DNA from: Alphaproteobacteria bacterium
Lineage (GTDB): Bacteria > Pseudomonadota > Alphaproteobacteria > Bin95
Length of the DNA stretch: 64,000 nucleotides
Reading direction: 5' to 3'
Assembly (NCBI GenBank): GCA_963665325.3
Contig: OZ224045.1
Coordinates: 640,001 to 704,000, forward strand
Under the pieces are notes generated by a model, which searched no databases, was not told the DNA's origin, and saw only the letters and a program-made list of their open reading frames with translations. Below, one piece after another: positions 52,440 to 62,765 of the stretch. A program made the position numbers and the translations under genes. The stretch's first letter is position 1, and every line of letters begins with the position of its first letter.

Positions 52440-53464
52440 GCGAGATCGTCGTCGAGTATCCCTATGACGAGCCGCCGCCGGAGGGCGCGGCGCGTCAGGT
52501 AGCCGACGGGATCTGGTGGGTGCGAATGCCGCTGCCCTTCGTTCTCGACCACATCAACCTCTACCTGCTGGAAGACGGGGACGGTTGGACCGTCGTCGAT
52601 TGCGGGCTGAACAAGGACGGTGTGCGGGACATCTGGGAGACGCTGATCCGCACGCTGCTCGCCGGACGGCCGATCCGCCGCGTTATCGTCACGCATTTCC
52701 ATCCCGACCATATGGGCTTGGCCCAGTGGCTGCTGACGCGCTTCCCCGAGGCCGAGCTCTGGATGAGCCTGTCGGAGTGGCTCTGGTCGCATTTCGCGTT
52801 CGACGCGCGCGAGCGCAACATGGAAGAAATGCTGCGCTTCTGGCGGCGCAACGGCATGGCGACTTCGACGGTCGACGCCATGCGCGGGCGGGGCAATTTC
52901 TACGCCCAGAACGTGGTCCGGCCTCCCATCGTCTATCGCCGTATCCAGCATGGCGACCGCATCCGCATCGGCGAGCGCGAGTGGCAGGCGATCATCGGTT
53001 CCGGCCATTCGCCGGAGCATGTCTGCCTCGCCTGCCCGGAGTCGAAGCTGCTGATTGCCGGCGACCAGGTGCTGCCGCGCATCACGACCAATGTGTCGGT
53101 GCATTTCGTCGAGCCCGACGGCGATCCGCTGCAGCATTTCCTGGACAGCACCCGCGCCTTCGCCCACCTGCCCGACGACACCTTCACGCTCTGCAGCCAC
53201 GACCGGCCGTTCTACGGCCTGCACGAGCGCCTCGCGCAGTTGCGCGACCACCACCAGGTTCGGCTCGACGATGGCTGCGAAGCCTTGTCGGAACCGCAAC
53301 ACGCCATCGACCTGCTGCCGGTCTTCTTCCACCGCCCGCTCGACCTGCACCAGCAGTCCTTCGCCATCGGCGAGGCGATCGCGCATCTGCACAATCTCTG
53401 GCACGCGGGCCGCGTCGGACGCGAGCGAAGCGCGGACGACGTCTTCCGCTTCGTTCGGGCATGA
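52436..53464 (+). CDS. MBL-fold metallo-hydrolase
   Basis: PLPFVLDHINLY, THFHPDHMG, GHSPEH, AGDQVLPRIT. Confidence 0.92.
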   Translation: MSEIVVEYPYDEPPPEGAARQVADGIWWVRMPLPFVLDHINLYLLEDGDGWTVVDCGLNKDGVRDIWETLIRTLLAGRPIRRVIVTHFHPDHMGLAQWLLTRFPEAELWMSLSEWLWSHFAFDARERNMEEMLRFWRRNGMATSTVDAMRGRGNFYAQNVVRPPIVYRRIQHGDRIRIGEREWQAIIGSGHSPEHVCLACPESKLLIAGDQVLPRITTNVSVHFVEPDGDPLQHFLDSTRAFAHLPDDTFTLCSHDRPFYGLHERLAQLRDHHQVRLDDGCEALSEPQHAIDLLPVFFHRPLDLHQQSFAIGEAIAHLHNLWHAGRVGRERSADDVFRFVRA

Positions 53465-55083
53465 CCGAGGAGCGGGAAACCCTCTCCGCGCTGCTGGAAC
53501 GCGTCGCGGAGGAAGCGGGAGGAGAGCCGGCGCTCGTCTATGGCGGCGAAACCTGGAGCTATGCCGACCTGCTCGACCGGTCGCGCCGGGCAGCGTCCGC
53601 ATTGGCCGGGCTCGGCATCGGGCGCGGCGACAAGGTCGCGCTCTGGCTGCCGAACGTGCCGGCCTGGCTCGCGCTCTATCTCGCGCTCGGACGCCTTGGC
53701 GCCGTGGCCGTCGCGGTCAACACGCGCTTCCGGGCGCTGGAGGTTGCGGACATCCTGTCGCGTTCCGGCGCGAAGGCGCTCGCCATGTGGCCGGGCTTCA
53801 AGGACATCGACTTCGCCGGCCTGCTCGCGGAGATCGGGGAGGAGCCGCTCGCCGGGCTTGAGCGGGTGCTGGTTTATGACGAGGGCGAGGCGCCGGTTCC
53901 CGAACGGGTAGCCGGCAGGCCGGCAACCGCGGCGAGAGCGCTGTTCGAGGCGCCGCCGCTGGCCGAGGACCGCGCCACGCCCGCCGACCCCTGCAACATC
54001 TTCACCACCTCCGGCACCACCTCGAAACCCAAGTTTGTGCTGCACGGACAGGAGCCGGTGACGCGCCATGCCCGCGACTGCGTTTCCGCCTTCGGCTGGG
54101 ATCGGCCGGGCGCGGTCAGCTACCAGGCGACGCCGGTCTGCGGAGTGTTCGGCTTCTCAACCATGATGGCGACGCTCGCGGCCGGCGCGCCGAATGTGCT
54201 TGCGCCGCTGTTCACGCCGGGCGAGGCCGCAGACGCGGTGCGCCGCCACAGGGTCACCCATTTCATGGGCACGGACGACATGTATGCCGGGATGCTGGCC
54301 TTGCGGGAGGAGCCCGAACCCTTCCCCAGCCTGCGCCTCTGCGGCTATGCGCTTTTCAACCCGACCCTTGAGGATTTCGAGACGAAGACGCTGGCGCGCG
54401 GCGTGCCGCTGATCGGGCTCTACGGCATGAGTGAGGTGGGGGCGCTGATGGCTGTCCAGAAGATCGATGCGCCGCTGGAGGACCGGCTGGCCGGCGGCGG
54501 CTATCCCGTGGCGCCCGAGGCCGTCGTGCGGGTGCGCAATGTCGAGACGGGAGAGCTTTGCCCGCCGGGGGTGTCGGGCGAGGTCGAGATGCGCTGCCCG
54601 AGCCTGTTCCTGCGCTACGAGGGCAACCCGGAAGCCACGGCTGCGGCGATGACCGAAGACGGCTTCCTGCGCACCGGGGACGCCGGCCGCATGCGCGCCG
54701 ACGGCAGCTTCGTCTATGAGGCGCGCATGGGCGACACGCTGCGCCTCGCGGGATTCCTGACGGCCCCGAGCGAAATCGAGGCGCATGTCGAAACGCATCC
54801 CTCGGTTGCCGGCTGCCAGGTCGTCGGCGTCGCGACGCCGCGCGGTCCGCGCGCCTTCGCCTTCGTGCGCCCGGCGGATGACTCCTACGACGAAACGGCG
54901 CTTCTAGGCTGGTGCCGCGAGACCATGGCCAATTACAAGGTCCCCGTCCGGGCCGCCCCCATCGACGCCTTCCCCGTCACCCACAGCGCCAACGGCACCA
55001 AGATCCAGAAAGCCGAACTTCGCCGCATGGCCGAGGCCTTGGAAGCAGATGCGGCGTCGGTGCGGAGTGCGGCGGCATTGTGA
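53461..55083 (+). CDS. AMP-binding acyl-CoA synthetase
   Basis: FTTSGTTSKPK, YGMSE, RTGD, YKVP, KIQK. Confidence 0.92.
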   Translation: MTEERETLSALLERVAEEAGGEPALVYGGETWSYADLLDRSRRAASALAGLGIGRGDKVALWLPNVPAWLALYLALGRLGAVAVAVNTRFRALEVADILSRSGAKALAMWPGFKDIDFAGLLAEIGEEPLAGLERVLVYDEGEAPVPERVAGRPATAARALFEAPPLAEDRATPADPCNIFTTSGTTSKPKFVLHGQEPVTRHARDCVSAFGWDRPGAVSYQATPVCGVFGFSTMMATLAAGAPNVLAPLFTPGEAADAVRRHRVTHFMGTDDMYAGMLALREEPEPFPSLRLCGYALFNPTLEDFETKTLARGVPLIGLYGMSEVGALMAVQKIDAPLEDRLAGGGYPVAPEAVVRVRNVETGELCPPGVSGEVEMRCPSLFLRYEGNPEATAAAMTEDGFLRTGDAGRMRADGSFVYEARMGDTLRLAGFLTAPSEIEAHVETHPSVAGCQVVGVATPRGPRAFAFVRPADDSYDETALLGWCRETMANYKVPVRAAPIDAFPVTHSANGTKIQKAELRRMAEALEADAASVRSAAAL

Positions 55084-55165
55084 GCAGAGGGCCGGGTAAC
55101 AGTTTCGATCCGGCCTGAACTCATTTGAAGTTCGCTAAGGGAACGCTCGCGGCCAATTCCACTCG

Positions 55166-55438
55166 TCATGCAGCTCTCGTGCTTTCGCGCAATCTTGCCT
55201 GCGCCAGGTCCCAGGACGCCTGCCTCCGCATCCAGAAACCCGCATTGCTCCAGCCGATCCGCTCCAGAGACAGCGCCATCGACGGCGAAATGCCCGAATG
55301 GCCATTGAGCAGGCGCGAAAGGGTGTGTCGCGCCACACCCAGCTGTCCGGCGGCATAGGTCACCGTCCATCCCATTTCCTCGATGCTATCGCGAATCGTC
55401 TCTCCCGGATGGGACGGGTTCAGCATTGCGTCGGTCAT
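55166..55438 (-). CDS. higA: HigA family antitoxin
   Basis: HPGE, AA-x2-LGVARHTLSRLLNG-x2-ISPSMAL, FWMR-x-Q. Confidence 0.92.
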   Translation of the reverse strand: MTDAMLNPSHPGETIRDSIEEMGWTVTYAAGQLGVARHTLSRLLNGHSGISPSMALSLERIGWSNAGFWMRRQASWDLAQARLRESTRAA

Positions 55439-55450
55439 TGGCTTCTCTCC

Positions 55451-55723
55451 CTAGTGGTAAACGACCAGGTCGATATCGACGGCCTCACCTTCAGCGAAGC
55501 GACAGGTGACACGCCAGTTGCCGGACACACGGATGCTCCACTGGCCCCGCCTGTCGCCCTTCAGCGCGTGGAGACGGTATCCGGGCAGGTCTATATCCTC
55601 CGGTTGGCGCGCGTCGGCGAGATCCGACAGGATACGTCGAAGCCTCGAGACGAGAGGCCCGGGCAACCGGCGGGCGTCGTCCCGCTCGAAGAAAGACTGC
55701 AACCCTTTGTGTCGAAACTTCAC
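55451..55723 (-). CDS. higB: HigB family (RelE-like) toxin
   Basis: FRHKGL, LPGYRLHALKGDR, WSIRVSGNWRVT; start uncertain. Confidence 0.88.
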   Translation of the reverse strand: MKFRHKGLQSFFERDDARRLPGPLVSRLRRILSDLADARQPEDIDLPGYRLHALKGDRRGQWSIRVSGNWRVTCRFAEGEAVDIDLVVYH

Positions 55724-55932
55724 GCCACCAGACACTTGAAAGTCGCTTCGGATCGTACCGTGTACGGACACACGTAGCAACTAATTCGTCATGGACTCCG
55801 CTTTTGGTGTTTATCCTCCGTTGCATTTGCTAAAGGCGTGCTGGCCTGAACTTGAGCGCCACTTAATCGGCAAAATTGGAGTCCGTTGCCGTTTCCGTGC
55901 AGACTGCCCGCATCGATAACGGAGACGGACGA

Positions 55933-57381
55933 GTGACAGGCTGGCGTGACGCCCTTCCTTCCGACGGCCTGCTTGCGGTGGTCAAGCGGGACTGCCCGAC
56001 CTGCGTCCTCGTGGCGCCGGTACTGGCGGAATTGGCGGCGTCGGGAGCCGTGGCGGTCACGCAGGACGATCCTGCATTTCCGGAGGGCGTGGCCCCCCGG
56101 CATGACGGCGATCTCGAACTCTCCTACCGGCTAGACATCGAGACGGTGCCGACGCTGATCCGGTTCAGCGACGGCAGGGAAGCCGAGCGCGCGATCGGCT
56201 GGAACAAGGCCGAGTGGCAGGCGCTGACGGGCCGTGCCGACCTTGGCGAGGACCTGCCGGAGAACCAGCCCGGATGCGGATCGCTTTCGGTCGAGTTCGG
56301 GATGCCGGAGAGGCTGGCGGTGCGGTTCGGCGACATCCCGCTTGCCGCGCGGCAGATCGTCGTGGAGGACCATGACGACCCGATGGAGGCGGCCTTCGAC
56401 CGGGGCTGGACCGACGGCCTGCCGATCGTGCCGCCGACCGACCTGCGCGTTGCCCGGATGCTGGCCGGCACGACGCGGGCGGCCGACGAGGTCATCGGGG
56501 AAATCCCGCCCAATCTCGCGCCCTGCACCGTAGAGAAGGCGGCCATCAACGCCGTCATGGCCGGCTGCCGGCCCGAATATTTCCCGACTGTCCTGGCGGC
56601 GGTCGAAGCCGCGCTGATACCCGGCTTCTCCATGCACGGCCTGCTCTGCACGACCCATTTCGCCGGGCCGGTGATCGTCGTGAACGGCCCCGTTGCGCGG
56701 CGCATCGGCATGAACTGGAGCCTGAACGCGCTCGGCCAGGGCAACCGCGCCAACGCGACCATCGGCCGGGCCTTCCAGCTCATCGTCCGCAATGTCGGCG
56801 GCGGCCGGCCGGGCGAGATCGACCGTGCGATGCAGGGCAATCCCGGCAAATACACCTTCTGCTTCGCCGAGGACGAGACCGACCCGGACTGGACGCCGCT
56901 TTCCGTTTCGCGCGGCATCCGGCCGAGCGCGTCCGCCGTCACCCTCTTCCACGGCGAGGGCGTGAGCGGCTTCGTGGACCAGAAGAGCCGGACGGCGGAG
57001 GAGCTGACCACCTCGCTCGCGCAATATCTCTGGCATGTGAACCACCCGAAGCTCTGCGAGTTCGGCGGGGCGCTGCTGGTGCTCTCGCCGGAGCATTACC
57101 TCATCTACAAGGCCGAAGGCTGGGGCCGCAGCGAAATCCACGCGGCCCTCTGGACCGCCCTGAAACGGCCGGGAAGCGAAGTCGTGCGCGGCGCGGGCGG
57201 TCTTGCCGAGGGGATGGAACCCGGACGGGAGAACGAGGTCATCGACAAGTTCCGCGAGCCCACCTTCCTGATCGCCCGCGCGGGCGGGCCGGCTGGCCTG
57301 TTCTCGGCGGTCATCGGCGGGTGGACCGGAATGCGGATGACCGGCGAAGTCGATCCTGTAACGAAGGAGATCGGTACATGA
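55933..57381 (+). CDS. Thioredoxin-like (CxxC) domain fused to an uncharacterised domain; partner of the UGSC protein
   Basis: VKRDCPTC, ETVPTLI, PGCGS, then DGLPIVPPT, AINAVMAGC, NRANATIGRA, GNPGKY; GTG start after GGAG. Confidence 0.82.
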   Translation: MTGWRDALPSDGLLAVVKRDCPTCVLVAPVLAELAASGAVAVTQDDPAFPEGVAPRHDGDLELSYRLDIETVPTLIRFSDGREAERAIGWNKAEWQALTGRADLGEDLPENQPGCGSLSVEFGMPERLAVRFGDIPLAARQIVVEDHDDPMEAAFDRGWTDGLPIVPPTDLRVARMLAGTTRAADEVIGEIPPNLAPCTVEKAAINAVMAGCRPEYFPTVLAAVEAALIPGFSMHGLLCTTHFAGPVIVVNGPVARRIGMNWSLNALGQGNRANATIGRAFQLIVRNVGGGRPGEIDRAMQGNPGKYTFCFAEDETDPDWTPLSVSRGIRPSASAVTLFHGEGVSGFVDQKSRTAEELTTSLAQYLWHVNHPKLCEFGGALLVLSPEHYLIYKAEGWGRSEIHAALWTALKRPGSEVVRGAGGLAEGMEPGRENEVIDKFREPTFLIARAGGPAGLFSAVIGGWTGMRMTGEVDPVTKEIGT

Positions 57382-57902
57382 CGGAACCCTATGCGATGAG
57401 AGACCCGACGGCGGAGACGGAGCCGGCGATGCGCCAGCCCGTCGTTCCGCCGACGAGTCTCGACGGGCTCACCATCGGCCTGCTTTCCATCGGCAAGGAG
57501 CGCTCGGTGGAATTTCTCGACTCCGTCGAGGATCAGCTGACAGCGCAGGGCCTGAACGTGCTGCGCTTCGCGAAGCCGACGCACACCAAGCCCGCGCCCC
57601 GCGGCGTCATCCAGGACCTCGTGGAGCGCTGCGACATCGTTGTCGAAGGGCTTGCGGACTGAGGCTCGTGCACGTCGTGCAGTTTGCATGACATGAGCGA
57701 GCTCGACCGCCTGGGAATGCCCGGCTGCGCGATAGCGACCGTCGAGTTTCGGGATGCCGCAGCCGCGCAGGCTGACGCCATGGGCGTGCGTCCGGCCGTG
57801 GTGTTCGTGGACCACCCGATCCAGAACCGGACGCCCGACGAGCTGGCGGACATCGCCGAGCGCGCCATTGCGCCCATTCTGGCCGCAATCCGGAGCGGGT
57901 AG
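57378..57902 (+). CDS. UGSC family selenoprotein (in-frame TGA 57660-57662 read as Sec)
   Basis: AAGGAG RBS; ORFs 57321-57662 and 57684-57902 share one frame and join as ...EGLAD-U-GSCTSCSLHDM... (174 aa); SECIS-like hairpin follows the TGA. Confidence 0.88.
57663..57702 (+). promoter_or_regulatory. Bacterial SECIS-like stem-loop
   Basis: Lower stem GCTCG/CGAGC, upper stem GTCGTGCA/TGCATGAC, small apical loop starting with G about 20 nt after the UGA. Confidence 0.7.
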
Positions 57903-58109
57903 CAGCGCGGCAACAGCCGGGGCTACCGGGCGATGAAGCTGCGATGCATCCGGAGTCCCTCCGAACGGCGCATTTCGGTGTAGAACGCAGCCCCCGACGC
58001 CTGGGTTTCGACGGTCATGCGTTCCGGCATGTTTCGGCTTGAGGCCTGGGCGCTCCCTACGCCGTCGATTCCCGTCGCCGCTGCCCGCGATTCAGGCTGA
58101 CATGCCTCT

Positions 58110-61100
58110 CTACCAACGAAGAGACAACGTAACGGCGGCCCCGTATCCGGTATCGCCCCGTTCGTATTCGGAGCGCGTAGCGGAGATCGAGAACCCGAGA
58201 TCGCCATGCCCCGAGGGAGCCTTCCGGCGGGTGCGCCAGCCGAGCGTGTAGTCCCGCCTGGACCCGGACAGGCCGATCCCGACATAGGGCACGCCGGTCA
58301 GTCGTCCGCCCAGCGCCGGCAGCCCGTACCCCGCCTCAGCCGTTATTCGACCGCTCGAGTCGGGTGCGTTGCGCCGGGAAAGCTCCGTGACACTGGTAGC
58401 GGCGAACAGCGAGTCGGTTCCCCGGTTCGCCGCGGCGCCTGCCGACGAGGTCAACGACAGCGCGAGTCCACGCTCCGAAGACGGCGCCGGATCGAAGCGC
58501 ACGGACCCTGACATGCCCCAGTCCCGGAACCCGCGCGCTTCGTGCGAAACAAGGCGACGGGCATTCAGTTCTGCCGAAATTCCGCGCGCCGTGTCGGTCC
58601 AGCCGATGCCGCCGCCGACCTCCAGGCCGAACCCAGTCTCTGCATCCCCTCCGTCGTGGCGAACCCCGATGGAGAGCTTCGGGACAAGAGACCGCCCTTC
58701 GCCGTCCGAGAAGGGCCGTTCGCCCTCCAGCGCCAGCCGCATCCGCGTAACCTCTCCCTCGCTCGCCGCCAGGTTTCCGTTCGCAACCGAGCGAACTGCC
58801 TTCGAAGACGTGCGAACCCAGAAGGCGTCGGACTTGAGCGAAAGCGCGAACCCGTCGGTATCGGGCGCTGCCACCAGGGTCTTGACCGCGCCGAGCGCCC
58901 CGAGCGTCAGGTTGATATCCGTGCGTATGGGCGCACCGGCTTCTTCCGTGAGCGTGAAGTAGCCGGCACCGGCGCCGGCGAGGCCCCACAGAGATGCCGT
59001 ATCGTCCACACGCAAGCGGGCATAAGGGTAGATGCCCATCATCAGGCTGCGGACCTTGCCGCGCGCTTGAGGAGACGCCCGGGGACCGGTGTAGGCGAAC
59101 GTGCCTCGGCCCTGGCTGTGCGCGATCGCCGCGCCCAGGGTCATCCGCCCCCAGTCGCTGTCCGCCGCGATGAGGCCCGTTGTCACGTCGCCGTCCATGC
59201 GGACATCTTCGACCTGAGCGTCGAAGCGATCTGCGGCGCCGCGTCCCCAGAGCGAGAACACCGGGCCGTCCCCGGGCTCGGAAGAAGAAAGGTGAAACGA
59301 GGTACCTGGCGGAAGACCGGAACTTCTATTGTGCCGCGCTCTCTGTTCGTCGCTTGGCAGCTGAAGGCGCTCGGCGGCCGAGATGTAAGTCGTTTCCAGC
59401 CTGACGTCTGCCGTTGCGTCCAACATGGACACGCCGCCGACCGTCGCGTGGCGCCGCGGTTCCTCTTCCAGGCGCGTGCCTACCGCTTCGACGATCTGCT
59501 GCGCGATCGTCCGCCCGAACCTGACGAGCCATGCCCCCGGGAGCGCATCGCGGTCGTTCGAGATAACTCCTGTCGCTGCCGCTCTCCCGATACGGGCGTT
59601 CTGCGCGTCCGACAACAGAAACGCGAAGGTCTCTTCACCCTCGTCCTTGGCGTCCCTCAGCAAGGGCACGGACACGGTCTTCTCGACCTCGCCAGCGGCG
59701 AAGACGAGCGTTCCCTCGGTCCGTTCATAGTCCTCGCCCGCCTTGGCCGACCGGTCCGCCGTCGTGTAGTTGACCGAAACGGTGCGGGTGGAGCTGCGGC
59801 TCAGCAGGACATTGAAGTCGACGGCCGGGTCGCTGCGTTCTTCCGCCCGCCCGTCCTCGACGGACAGTATGGGCAGTTTCAGCACCGTCGTCGTCGCTTC
59901 GCTCAGGGCGCCGGGGCCGACCCTGTTGACCGCCCGCACCTGGAAGGTGTGTTCCTGTCCGTCGGCGAGCCCGCCCACCGTCCTGGTCAAGTCCGCCCCG
60001 GCGGAGTCCCAAAGCGTCTCGTCAGGCACGGTGTCGCCTTCAGCATAGCGATATCGATATTCAACGATCGGTGCTCCGCCGTCGCTTTCCGGCGGTTCCC
60101 AGCTTATCGTTACCTCGCCATCTCCAGGCACCGCAGACAGATCCTTGGGCGCGCCCGGAACTGTTACCGGCGTCGTGGTCGTCGAAGCCGGTTCGCTCGC
60201 ACCGACGTCGTTCACCGCACGCACCTCGAAGGCGTATTCCGCACCGTTCGTCAGGCCGCCGACCGTGATCGTCAGAACCAAATCGACAGAAGTCCAGCCG
60301 GTCGTATCCGGAACCGAAGCGCCTTCGGCGTATCGGTATTCGTAGCGCGTGATCGCAGAGCCGCCGTCATCTGCTGGCGCTTCCCATGCCAGCACGACCT
60401 CGCCGTCGCCCGGCGTCGCCGCAAGGTTCCGCGGCAGGCCCGGCGCAGCAACTGGCGTCGTGGTCGCCGAAGCCGGTTCGCTCGCGCCGACGTCGTTCAC
60501 CGCACGCACCTCAAAGACGTATTTCGTGCCATTAGTCAGGCTCCCGACCGTGACTGTCAGCGCCGTCCCGGCGGAGGTCCAGCCCGTCACATCCGGAACC
60601 GACGAACCGGCCGCGTGGCGGTACTCATACTCCGTGACCGCAGAGCCGCCATCGCCCGCCGGCGCCGTCCAGGCGAGCACGACCTCGCCGTCGCCCGGCG
60701 TCACCACAAGAGTCTGCGGCGCATCCGGCACTGTTGCCGCCAGCATAGCCGTAGCCGCAACCGCAGCGCCCAGCCCCACATCGTTTACTGCGCGAACCTC
60801 GAAAACGTATTCCGCGCCATTGTCGAGACCGTCCACCGTGACTGTCAGCGCTGTCCCGGCGGAGGTCCAGCCCGTCACGTCCGGAACCGACGAACCGGCC
60901 GCATGGCGGTACTCATACTCCGTGACCGCTGAGCCGCCATTGCTTGCCGGCGCCGTCCATGCGAGTACGACCTCGCCGTCGCCCGGCGTCGCCACAAGGC
61001 TCTGCGGCGCATCCGGTACCGTTGCCGCCAGCATGGCCGTAGCCGCAACCGCAGCGCCCGACCCCACATCGTTTATTGCGCGAACCTCGAAAGCGTATTC

Positions 61101-62618
61101 CGCGCCATTGTCGAGACCGTCCACCGTGACTGTCAGCGCCGTCCCGGCAGACGTCCAGACGGTCGTATCCGGAACCGACGAACCGGCCGCATGGCGGTAC
61201 TCATACTCCGTGACCGCAGAGCCGCCATCGCCCGCCGGCGCCGCCCATCCGAGCACGACCTCGCCGTCGCCCGGCGTCGCCACAAGGCTCTGCGGCGCAT
61301 CCGGAACTGTTGCCGCCAGCATAGCCGTAGCCGCAACCGCAGCGCCCGACCCCGCATCGTTGACTGCGCGAACCTCGAAAGCGTATTCCGCGCCATTGTC
61401 GAGACCGTCCACCGTGACTGTCAGCGCCGTCCCGGCAGACGTCCAGACGGTCGTATCCGGAACCGACGAACCGGCCGCATGACGGTATTCATACTTCGTG
61501 ACCGCTGAGCTGCCGTTGCTTGCCGGCGCCGCCCATCCGAGCACGACCTCGCCGTCGCCCGGCGTCGCCACAAGGCTCTGCGGCGCATCCGGCACTGTTG
61601 CCGCCAGCATAGCCGTAGCCGCAACCGCAGCGCCCGACCCCGCATCGTTGACTGCGCGAACCTCGAAAGCGTATTCCGCGCCATTGTCGAGACCGTCCAC
61701 CGTGACTGTCAGCGCTGTCCCGGCAGACGTCCAGACGGCCGTATCCGGAACCGACGAACCGGCCGCATGGCGGTACTCATACTCAGTGACCGCTGAGCCG
61801 CCATTGCTTGCCGGCGCCGTCCATGCGAGCACGACCTCGCCATCGCCTGGCGTCACCACAAGAGTCTGCGGCGCATCCGGCACTGTTGCCGCCAGCATGG
61901 CCGTAGCCGCAACCACAGCGCCCGGCCCCGCATCGTTGACTGCGCGAACCTCGAAAGCGTATTCCGCGCCATTGTCGAGACCGTCCACCGTGACCGTCAG
62001 CGCTGTCCCGGCGGAGGTCCAGCCCGTCACGTCCGGAACCGACGAACCGGCCGCATGACGGTACTCATACTCCGTGACCGCTGAGCCGCCATCTTCCGCC
62101 GGCGCCGTCCATGCGAGCACGACCTCGCCATCGCCCGGCGTCGCCACAAGGCTCTGCGGCGCAAACGGTACCGTTGCCGCCGGCGACCCCATCCCGGTAA
62201 CCGCAGCGCCCGGCCCGACACCGTTCACTGCGCGAACCTCGAACGTGTAGGTCGTGCTGTTGGTCAGGCTGCCCACCGTGACCGCCCGTGCCTCACCAAC
62301 CGGTGTCCACACCGTCGCTTGCGGCACGGACGCGCCCGCGGCGTGTCGGTATTCGTAACCGGAGACAGGTTCGCCGCCATTGCTCACAGGCGCATCCCAT
62401 GTCAGCACCAGCTCGGCGTTGCCAGGCGTCACAGAAAGGTTGCGAGGCGCGTCCGGAACAGTCGCCGCGGCATCCGGCACAGCCGTCCCGACAGCCGCAG
62501 CGCCCGGTCCCACATCGTTAACCGCACGTACCTCGAACGCATAGGCCGTGCCGTTAGTCAGGCTGCCCACCGTGACCGTCAGCGCCGTTCCGGCGGAGGT
62601 CCAGCCCGTCACGTCCGG
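58110..62618 (-). pseudogene. Large surface adhesin (9 complete plus 1 partial FN3 domains, Calx-beta, C-terminal beta-barrel), 5' part interrupted by a transposon
   Basis: Repeated P-x-AP-x-L-x-A-TPGDG-x-V-x-L-x-W...Y-x-FEVRAVN; Calx-beta TVSVNYTTAD-x-SAKAGEDY; AWLVRFGRT linker; terminal TLSLRW; no signal peptide. Confidence 0.88.
60560..62170 (-). repeat. Near-identical 288-bp tandem repeats encoding FN3 domains
   Basis: The 96-aa unit recurs with 288-nt period; near-identical antisense ORFs start at 61133 and 61421. Confidence 0.93.
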
Positions 62619-62765
62619 TGAGCGGGCGCAGGCTTTCAGCGGCGATCAGGGGCTGATCGGCTCGGATTAATCGAGGTTTTGGATTGGGTGCCCCCCGGCG
62701 ATCTTGCAAGAAGGCCGCCGGAGGGCTTGTCTCGGTGACAGTGACATCAACCTGAGACGGCCCCA

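Noticed and set aside
57321-57902. Two separate small genes or a nonsense pseudogene
   Set aside because: Same frame, UGSC motif and a SECIS-like hairpin favour Sec readthrough
60560-62170. Tandem repeats as a CRISPR array
   Set aside because: They are 288-bp in-frame coding repeats with no unique spacers and no cas genes
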